A stretch of DNA of 64,000 nucleotides from the human T2T-CHM13v2.0 reference genome, Homo sapiens. A model generated the notes under the pieces. The model saw only the letters and a program-made list of their open reading frames with translations. It searched no databases and was not told the DNA's origin. The translations under genes and the position numbers were made by a program. The DNA lies in the NCBI RefSeq assembly GCF_009914755.1, contig NC_060928.1; one strand, written 5' to 3'. Positions within the stretch are counted from its first letter, which is position 1. Each line of letters begins with the position of its first letter. Of this stretch, positions 54,240 to 64,000 are shown piece by piece.

Positions 54240-57200
54240 GTTTTCCTGTCACCACAATTGGTTCCAATCATCTCCCTCCTCCACTATTCATTCTAAATTT
54301 TCTTTACCATTAGCTATCACTGCTAATGATCACAGTGGCTTACATGGGGGTATGACCTAAACTCTTTTCTGAGAGATATGAGCACCAATAACTATACCTT
54401 TCTTATATAAGGCTTGCTGAACTATTTATAACCACAATTAAACAAGGAAGTAACAATATGTACCCAAGTAGGTACACAGTTCCACTTATATTATATCTTG
54501 CCCCCATAATGCAATATCCCTGTATCCTCTTAGTGATCAGGTAAATTATCCCTGCCAATGTCATGACTCCTCTTTTTGACTGCTGGCTCCTGGAAATAAG
54601 TAGTACAATGTGCTCAGGTGGCAATATAGCTTATAGTTCAAAAAGACACTTATTGCATCTCCTGACAAGAGCAGGATCCCTTTAAGGACCAACACCTTTA
54701 ACTTGCAAAGCCCAGAGTTATAGGAACAGCAAAAACAATACCCCCTGCCCCCGCCTTAGTGATCAGGCCACTGGGAATGATGGTAGGTCGAGGCATACTT
54801 GCTTCTGCCCCTTGGTTTCTAGACCAATTAATTCTTTCTGTTGAGTTCAGAGCACTATATTGATTCAGTGGGTATACTGCATTCTGGAGTATAGCCCCTC
54901 ATCCTCACAGGTATTATCTCCAGCCTCTCCTGCAGCTGTAGCTTCAGTAGACTATTCTAGCACTCTATTAGGCTGGCTTCTGCTACATGGTGCAGTATAC
55001 AATTCAACCAGTGGATCTCATGGTCTGAGCCCATCTCTTCACCTTCCTCACTGTTAAGTGGATCCCTCTGTCAGGTGCTATGTTGTAGAGATTCAATGAC
55101 TGAGGACCAAGCACTGCATAAGCTCCTGGATAGTAGTATTGATTAAGGAGCTCTAAGAAGGAAAGATATTAGCCAGAATAAGTGTCTGTTCCTATGAGAA
55201 AGAATTGCTGATGTTTCCAAGACAGAAGGGGCCCAAAACATTTAACTTGCTACCAAGTAGCTGGTTGATCTTCTGAACGAATAGTGTCATTCCAAGTACT
55301 CATGGTTGAGCTCTATTGTCGTCAGATTTATTTCCCATCATTTGGAAGGCTTATGTCTTATCAAGGCCTGCAGCATTGTTCTCACCTTTTGTTCATCCTA
55401 CTTGATCAGCATGGTATCATTTATATCATATATTAATGTGATGTTTTATATGATATGATGTTTGTGTTATGTTGAGTCGGTATGGATCTTTTTGAATTGT
55501 AATTTGACAGAGAGTAGAAGAGTTTGTATACCCCTGAAACAAAATTGTAAATGCATATTATTCCCTGTTCTACATGAATGCAAACTAAGATATTATTTTT
55601 CTATTGGAATAGAAAATAATGCATTCACCAAGTCAATGAATAAATATCTTGTGTCTTAGGCCATACCAATCTGCTTTAATAATAATACCATGTATGGCAT
55701 AGCAGTTACAATTAGGACTATCACTGGTTGAGATTGAAGTAGTGGATAATCATTCTACAGGATCCATCTGGTTTCTGCAGGGGCCAGATTGGCAAATTAA
55801 AAAGATATATGTAGGAATCCCTTAAGTTCTTAAGGTGGATCTAATCTCTACCCTGCCCCCACAGCAAGAGGCTGTTTCAGTGCCTTCAGCTTGGCCTTCT
55901 TCATGGCAGACCAAGGACCTAATATGAGAGTTTCTCCAACTGTCAAGCATGCCATTCCCAATTGTACATTCAGAGACCAGTGAAATAAGGACTGTTTGAA
56001 CCCAAAGACCCAGTGGACCTACTCTCTGCTAGACTTTGGTCAAGTCTACATGTGTTACCTGGTCCCTGTATATTGTTACTTAAATGAGGGTGGAGCAATG
56101 GTTATGCTTCAGCCCTCTGGGTATCAGTGACAACTGAGGCCTTATGTCTGAGACTCAAAATGTGTCAGGTATATTTTCCAAATAAACCTGAGTAAATGGC
56201 CATTGAGTCCAACTGGGGAAGGACTAGAAAAATCATCATACAACATTCTTTCTGCACTGTTTTACATTACTTTTTCCCAGTAGAGATTTATAAGTTGGAC
56301 GTGATATGGGAGGAAGGATTCTAATTGGCTCCAGGTCTGAAAACTGACTGAGGTCTGCAAACTGGGAAAAGGATGTGACATTTTATGAAAGCTATGATCT
56401 TCAGTTTCCAGTTCATCATTTTTGCCTTCTTTTAATTATGTACAAAGCAGTGTCCTTGTTTGCTGCCCATCTATTTTGTCCCTAGAGATGCTGCTTTCTA
56501 TTAAGTATCTCCACAATTCACTGCACATAAAGTTCCCTGAGCTGCCACTCTGACCTTAATAGTTGTTACAATAATTGTGACTGCCCCCATGACCCCCACC
56601 CCCTGCATCCCTAGTTTCTGAAATTTAAGTGCCACTGCCTGGCCTCTACTGCTTCAGTGCTACATCATCCCCACTGCTATCAAAAAGCAAAGTTCCATTA
56701 CAACCTCCTCCCATAATCTTGACTTTCAAAGGAGAACCTCCACTAAACATTTTGGTGATGCTAGAACCCCCCTCATCAGTGCATTCCTGATGGACTTGGT
56801 GAATGGTATATCCTGCTTTACTGACAGTCTTTTGATGGGTCTTCTGGGCTCATTTAATGTATCCAATTTAGCATGATCATTTCCAAGCTTTCTTATTCCT
56901 TCTTCTGCCATCTTCCATGGCAATTCAGGCATTTCAACTTGTTCAACAAGGGTTAGTGTTTTCTCCAGACTTCTAGGAGTCACCCTTGCAATGAGTTTGT
57001 CCCATCACCTGGGGTCTTTGCTAGAGGGTTAAGGCAGCATTTTGAGCATCTGTTCCAAGGCAATATGCTCTCCCTTTTTAAAATTTATATTCAGCCTCCT
57101 TTGATTTAATTCTGACATCCCCAAAATGTAGTCCTAAATGTATCCCTGCAGGTCCTGTTGGTTCATGGCAGCTAGTTCTTAGAGATTCTTTGATTTGAGG

Positions 57201-58182
57201 CCTTTTCTCACATATCACGCCCAGCCTATCCCCAGCTTGATTATGCTTCAATTTCACTCTAGTTACTGGCCCAAAAGCCAAGAGAGGACATAGGGGCTAA
57301 TCCTGAGAAGAATCTCTATTGTCTTACAAGGAAGATACCCCGGCAGTACCTTTCTACATGGTATTAGCTCTTAAAAAGGAAACATGGGCCACCTCTGGAG
57401 GATGGGAAGGACCAAATGAATTGTGAGGACAAAGGCTTTAGGAACATCCACCCAGATTTATCAAGGTACAGGTTTTCCCAAGAGTCATAAAATTCCAGAG
57501 ATGTTTGAATGCTCAGCCAAGACACGGTGCCGACTTAGCATGAAAATCCTGCCTTGGCTGAGCATTCAAACATCTCTGAAGTTTGGTGACCCTAACCTGA
57601 GTTTGGTCATCAGCATTTTATGTTCTGCCACCCTGTCTCCTTTCTTGGAAAATTCTCCAGAGTCACTACCAATGAAAGTTTTAGCAATTGAGCCACCACC
57701 CTGTGCCAGAAATAGAGTCCTTGGGCCAGGGATGCCACCTGGAATACCATCCTCATTGCCAACAGATGGTAAGCAACCAAGGCCCCAAATTCCTTCTGAA
57801 TGGCTCTTTTAGTGGACCACTTACAGTACCACCACATCAACTGAGTTCTCCAGGAAGCAGATCCTGAGACAAAGTTAAGAGTACAAAATGTTCACAAGTA
57901 GTGTTTGTGAAAGAAAAAGAGGAAAAAAAATAGAACTGGTCAGAATTGACAGTCTCTGCCAGCCAACTGATCGCTCTGGTGCAAAAATTACCTGTTAGAG
58001 CAGTCCTACGTTGGATGGACATAGCTTGTGCTTTATATCACAGTATTGATTATTTATTGGTTAAGGCCACACTGAGAAGAACATGATCTTGACACAAATG
58101 CTGAGGTGGAAATGAAAGAGTTAACAGTCAGAGGTTGTCTATTCACCATACTCCCTGAAGGTGCGTACCACTGCCTGTCATA
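54240..58182 (-). mobile_element. ERVL-class provirus remnant: internal (pol and gag pieces) plus LTR16-family LTR at ~57836-58182
   Basis: ORF 56726-56983(-) EMPELPW..EEGIRKL..DIPFTKSIRNALMRG matches ERVL gag motifs. PBS-like tggtac..agtggtcc near 57815-57833. LTR start ccaggaagcagatcctgagac. Confidence 0.75.
56726..56983 (-). pseudogene. ERVL gag remnant
   Basis: Translation resembles ERVL gag (EMPELPW, EEGI.RL, D.PFTKA.RNAL.RG). Frameshifted and not intact. Confidence 0.65.
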
Positions 58183-59522
58183 GCTATATTTTATATTTTT
58201 GGGTTTTTTTCCCCAAACATCTTCAAAAAGCAGAATTTTGAATTTTGGACCCCCTTAAGACATTGACCAGATGCTTTGGAGTCATGACATTACTAAAATA
58301 ACCTCTTTTGAAGGTCAAATCCTTAACTAAAATAAAAATGTAATTCATGTCCATCCTGGTCCTCTATACAAGTAAGTGTGACAGGTATTTTTCTTTAGTA
58401 AAGTGTACTGATTGTTTCTCAGGAACTTGATTTTATGAAGGTGTTTGAAAATTGATTTTCTCATAGTTGTTCTTGATGCTTCTTTTGCAGGAAGTCTTAT
58501 CTGAGTTAATCTATTACCTTATATATTACTACGACCATAACTCAGATAAAGCATAACACATTTTCATTTTGTCACTCCATTATTTTTGCAGTAAGTCAAT
58601 ATAATCTGAGATGAAGCATGCCTTGCTCAGCATTTATTGATCTGCCGGTTTGCTCATTGTTTACATCAAAATACCACTTGTCAGTTCTGGCCCTATTATA
58701 ATTATCTTCTCATATGGGAAATGACAGCTTCAAAGCCCAAGTATGAGTCAATTTCTAAGATGAGTTACTCTCAAGATGCTGGTACGAAATGTGGACCCCA
58801 CTTTCTCTAGGCATGAATGATGGATAACTTTCATTTTCTAGCTAAAGAAGAGAAAAGCATACATCTATCCTAACAAGACAACACTTTCTCCAATATGAGA
58901 AAAAATGTACTTTAACTTGTACCAAGTGCATGAGCATGCAGTAAATGTTCAATACATAGTAACTATTATTAATATTGGTTCAAACAGTTGTGAACATATT
59001 ATCGTAATTAACAGGAATCAGTTTTGGTGAGGAATGGGAAACGTTAAAGTAAGGCAGATTAAAACAACTTTTCCAGCTCTCACAGAAGTAAAATCTAATT
59101 GGTCTTTCAAACTTCTCACTATCCAAACCTTTTACTCAATGCTGAGCTTGACTTCTCAGGTGTCTAAGCTTCTTTTTGCTTACTTTAAAAGTATCCTGCA
59201 ACCACATTAATTCTCAAAAGCCATGGAAATATTACTATTCTACAAACATTTTAACTAACTTATTTACTATCATTTCAAACTTTTATTTTACTATATACTC
59301 ACTTCTAGAAAGCAATTTAATCTCCAATTCAGTCAGGACCCTATTGACCCAAGTTTACATTAACCACATTGCTAACTCCAGAGAACTTTGCTTCTGACAT
59401 CCTTTGAATAAAAATGTCCTTCACTTTTTTCCTTGCTTATAAAAATATATTGAACCATTCCCTTGGCCCAGTTTAAAATTTACTTTCTTCATGGACTCTC
59501 ATATAAAAGGACTATCTACATA

Positions 59523-59672
59523 CAGTAGGTCTTCTCTCACTGTCATTGAGAGGTTCTTGGAAACCGTGACTTTAAGCAAAATATGACACATACTGAAACC
59601 AGTTTTTCTTTTTCTCATCAACTTCACAACAAAACAATGCTGAACAAAACAATGTTATTCAAGGACCTGCTG
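59523..59672 (-). mobile_element. MER6-family internally deleted Tigger element
   Basis: ta|cagtaggtcttc..aggttcttggaaaccgtgactttaagc..tgttattcaaggacctgctg|ta. Confidence 0.75.
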
Positions 59673-60408
59673 TATGTCATTTTAGCTTTCCTTCTTAGCC
59701 TAGTGTTGTGTTATATGTAATTTTTACTATTCTCTCAGTACCTACCAAAGTAGTTAACTTAGTACATATACGAGTATAATAAATTCATGCTGAATAAATG
59801 AATGCATGAGTTAATTAAAGTAAGTTTTTGCTGACTTAGAAAGTATAATATGGACAGAGAGATTTAGTTATAACTTCTGCTTATTGTTTACAATTTGAAA
59901 GCCTTTGTCACTATTCTACTTAGGTTTAAAAGTAAATCATTAATTTTTAAAAAATTTTTCCAGAAGCCTTTTTCTACACAACATTGTTTCCACAGGATCA
60001 CTGTTAGATATACATACACAAACTTGAATGACAGTTTTGTTTGATAGGCAATACTTTTTTAAATAACTTGATCATTTGTGTTTTTGTGTCTGGTATTCTT
60101 TACTGGTCAAATTGTTGTAAATGCAACTTCTATTAACTGTTCAAAATCATTATAAAAGCTAAAGTAACTCAAAGTATGCATGCATGTATGCATATCAATT
60201 ATTGAACGTGGATGAAAAGGACAAAAGCAATAGCCTAAATCTATAAATAGTGTCAAAAATTCCCATGCTTCTAACATGTATATATGAAGATAAAAGCGAA
60301 TTTAGGCTAAAGAAAAGAAACAGACTTTAAGTCTGACTAAAATCTAGCAGCATATGATGATTGCTCTTATTCTGTGAATATAGAAATGAGCTGTTTCTAT
60401 TACTTCTC

Positions 60409-60819
60409 TGTGATGAAACTGACAGTAGTTTGTTAATCACATGTACTCACAGCCCGACAGGGAGGTGGAGGGGAAGGAGGTTGTCACATGCCACACAGCA
60501 CTCAGGAGTAGAGTGACCCAACAGGAGCCATTGGAGGCAGGATTTGTAGTAAAAAGAGGGTTAAGTTTTCCCTGGTTCCTGAGGTAGGTTGTGATTGGCT
60601 TGTTTGAATAATTTTGTGGAGTAGCAAAGTGAAACCTATTAAGTTAAGGACCAGGTAGAATGCAGCTGTTTAGCTGATAGGGGAACTTGCCAGGTGGGGA
60701 GACTTTCCTGCTGGGTGAAAAGCTTATTTGAGAACAGGGAACTCACAGATAGGCCTTTTGAGCCATGGGAGGCTCAAAGATGTCAAGGCAGAACTTGAAA
60801 TTTTAGGCTTTACAATACA
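60409..60819 (-). mobile_element. ERVL-class solo LTR (MER88/LTR53-like)
   Basis: Ends aaagatgtcaaggcagaacttgaaattttaggctttacaataca. Subfamily from memory. Confidence 0.55.
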
Positions 60820-62329
60820 CTTGGTCAATATGAGACCAATATCAGTTTATATGAAAGGAGAGGAGATGGTTAGACATTTATAATTTTTTAAGTGTTTACC
60901 ATGAATGAGTCTTCTGTATAGCACTTTATGTATGTACTTAGCCACTCATATAGACATGCAACAAGAGATAATATCCAAATGGGTATGAGTGACACCTGAC
61001 ATTGACTGAAGGTGCAGAATCAAAAGGTGTATAATACAGTAGACATCTTTAAGTAATTTTATTAATTTATATGGCAATCTAGCCTGTAAGATTATTTATA
61101 CTGAATATTTAATTCAGCTAATGTGTTAGTTGGAAACAAATAAGGAGGGGAAGAAGAAAAGAGGAAAAGGAAAAAGATTGTGAAGAATAGGAAGAGGAGA
61201 GATGGGTTTATAATGATTATGTTTTTAGGGAGTTAAGTTAAAATGAGATAGTGATAAAATGAGGGAAGCAGAAATTGGAAAAAATGTTATCAAGTATAGT
61301 AATATATCAAGTACAGCAGTGGTCATCAATCCCAGTTTGGGTCATTATGCAACATTCTCTGCATCTGCGTTTTGAGCATAAAGAAGTTTCTCAGCCAAAT
61401 GCAGGATTGCCCATATATTTAGAAAAACGTTTCCAGGTGGATATGTACAAAAATATGTCAGAGATTATGAGCAACACACACTAATATGGCTTTCAACATA
61501 GTGTTCTAGTTTTAGGGTTCCTGTATGTTTTTGACATTTTTTCAATAAACTCTGAATTCTTTTTTTAAAACCAGAATATAGTAGTAATAAAGCTATACAG
61601 CTTTGTTGTTGATGCAACACTTTAAATACATATTTTTAAATTGTTCTAGTTTTAAAGTACCCTGAACTTAACATAAAGCAACATAAAGCATTTTAATCAG
61701 TGAACAAATATTCACAGCTAAAATATCCATAAGAAATAAGAGTATAAATCTCTTCTGTCATCATATTAAGAGCTTGGAAAGGTCACTTTTCTTCCCTGCC
61801 ACCATCTCCTGAAATGTAAATATAGGGACCTCCTGCCAGAGTCTTTCAATACAGGAATGATTAAAAATACATTCCTTATAAAAGCAATTGAAATTAACAA
61901 AAACTCGGGAAATTACAATTAATATTATGAAAACAGAATTATTAAGAACCCACAAGGTGTAGCTTGAATATATCCACCAAGCTGTCAAAGCTATACAATA
62001 AGCTTTTATCCTGACTTCCAGCTGTAAGTACTTCAGAGGCTATGAACATCAAGCTTTCCCCCAGGAATTACATTTGCCTTTCAATAAACTCTGAGGAAAG
62101 TGTTTCAGATGCCAACTGTGTCCCTATCAACATTAGACTGGGCCAGGGACAAATCCTCACAACTACACTACACTTGTAAAACATCCCCATATTCTTTTAG
62201 GAAATAAATCATTTTATGCTTATCCGTTTTTATCATGATGTGTGAACTACTACTTATTCCCTAGAAAATAATTCTCTATATCTTGGCCCCAAAAAGTTGT
62301 TGCCTGATTGTCTACACTGCATATATGTT

Positions 62330-63085
62330 GATTCACTTATTCTTTCAACCAATATTCTCCAATATGTAGGAGGATATAAAAATGTTAACAAGACACAGAT
62401 CTTGTCAAGACTTGTCTGATAAGGGAAATGAATGGGTTCACAGGCTGTTTCAGTAGCCTTCTGCTGCAATAGGTATAAGCATTGGGTGCTATGAAAGCAC
62501 ACAGGAGGGACACTCACAGTCTTGAGGGGTGGCGAGAGTGCCCAGGGAAAAAGACGCTGGATTTGATAACTAAAGGAGGACTTGTGGCAAAGGAAAGAGA
62601 AAACACTCCCATGAAAAGGCCCAGAGCCCAGAATAGGATGGTTCATAGACCTGTGAATGGTGGGACCATACAGTGAGGAAGATGAATCTGTAAGTTAGGC
62701 AGAGGCCAAACAATGGAGAAGCTACCCTGGGATGCTAAAAATGTAGACTTTATTCTGAGGGCAATGGAAACCCAGGTAAGGGTTCTCAGCAAAAAAAAAA
62801 AAAAAAGCAAAATGATCAAATCTGCACTTTAGGAAAACCCCTCTAGCGGCAATGTGCCAAAAAAGTTGAAGAAAAGGTTGCTAGCTGGCAGGAGTTGGAT
62901 CATTACAGTCACCCGGGTGATGGATGTTGGTGTTTCAACCTCAAGCAACCTTGATAAGATTAGGGAGAACTACAAATGAACTTAAGCACTGAAGGAATAG
63001 AATCAACAGAACTTCGGGACTGACTAGATGTGGCAAATGAGTGACTCCAGGGTTTCTGGGAGAGAGTTCTGTTGGTTACCACCTG
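62330..63085 (-). mobile_element. L2 fragment
   Basis: attcacttattctttcaacca..gactttattctgagggcaatggaaa..gaatagaatcaacagaactt..tgactccagggtttctgg. Confidence 0.65.
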
Positions 63086-63479
63086 TGTAACCATACATAG
63101 AGGATTTAGATGGCATATGAACACATACATACAAGCATTCCTCATGCTCTATTTCTAATTTCCTTTGACTTTTAAAAAATATACTTTAAAATGTCCAAGT
63201 CATAAAAAATATGTGTGTCCCTTTTAGAATTCCAAAATTAAGGTCCCTACCCAAGGATGAATTTAATATGCAGTGTACCTGCCTTCCTTCTTCAAGATTG
63301 TATAAGTTCCTATCAGAGTAATGGGCCTCCTGAATGAGTTCTGACCCTCAGGAAACCTTCCATAGGAATAGGTTCAATTTGATACTTTTTCATGATCCAG
63401 CATATTAGTTACAAAGCTGAGATTTGGCTCTTCTCCCATGCTTGCCTCCTGTGCCTTTTAGTGACTTCCAATACCTCAC

Positions 63480-63530
63480 CTTCATCTTTATGAGGCTGGA
63501 ATGAATTGCAACATCACTGGTCCATATTAT
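63480..63530 (-). other. Candidate 51-nt internal exon (unconfirmed)
   Basis: Minus strand: cttctctttatgtttgacctgcattttcAG|ATAATATGG...AAGATGAAG|GTgagg. Confidence 0.3.
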
Positions 63531-64000
63531 CTGAAAATGCAGGTCAAACATAAAGAGAAGTCCTCTGAAACTGACTTCAGAAAATATTAGCTTTCCTTTT
63601 ACTATCAACATTTAATATTGCTTTCAGCAAAGGATTCTACTTGTTTCTCTATTATTTTGGTATTCCACTATTTTTGAAAAAATAGTCAGATGTTCCAAAT
63701 ACCATATGGCCATAGGGGGAATTTAGCTGGAGTTCAGACTTTCACGCATGAGCACCAAAGGAAGTGTGAGGGGATTCAGCAGAGTGAAGGCCAGTCCTTT
63801 CTATGCTTAGGGGCATAAATCAAGATTAGGTAAAGTATGTTTCCACTTGTCCCAGGAATAGTACTGCCATGCCCTATAAGATTCAGAATAGCGTCCTAAA
63901 TTATTGCTGATGAAATAGTTTTAAAGAGGAACTGCCTCGTGGGATCTATATTTTTGTTCTTGTCTCTCCATGTTCCGCATGACTTGCTTTACAAGAGCTC

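Overview
Human-type (primate) non-coding genomic DNA, AT-rich and dominated by decayed retro- and DNA transposons. A 5'-truncated AluYb8 at 24038-24263 points to human specifically. I found no convincing host protein-coding gene, RNA gene or CRISPR array. The ORF track is explained by Alu/L1/ERVL remnants and chance ORFs. Content: eight Alus, eight L1 pieces (L1PA8-like 5'UTR, young L1PA 3' end, L1PB1, L1PA6-like, L1MA/MB), many MaLR/ERV1/ERVL LTRs including an MSTB provirus and three ERVL internal remnants, a near full-length Tigger1, MER47A, MER33, a MER6 derivative, L2/MIR fragments and simple repeats. Subfamily names come from remembered consensus sequences and need RepeatMasker/Dfam confirmation. 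I cannot support a new multi-gene biological system. The most unusual signals are mutational scars: (1) a templated-insertion mosaic at 53.16-53.38 kb containing a 54-bp inverted copy of DNA 1.2 kb upstream; (2) an Alu/old-L1/young-L1 triple-junction chimera at 6.7-7.6 kb; (3) an AT-rich direct-plus-inverted repeat at 3.8-4.1 kb; (4) a 40-bp near-perfect palindrome inside an L1MB 3' end. There is also a strong minus-strand bias of LTR elements at 41-61 kb and a few candidate spliced exons.
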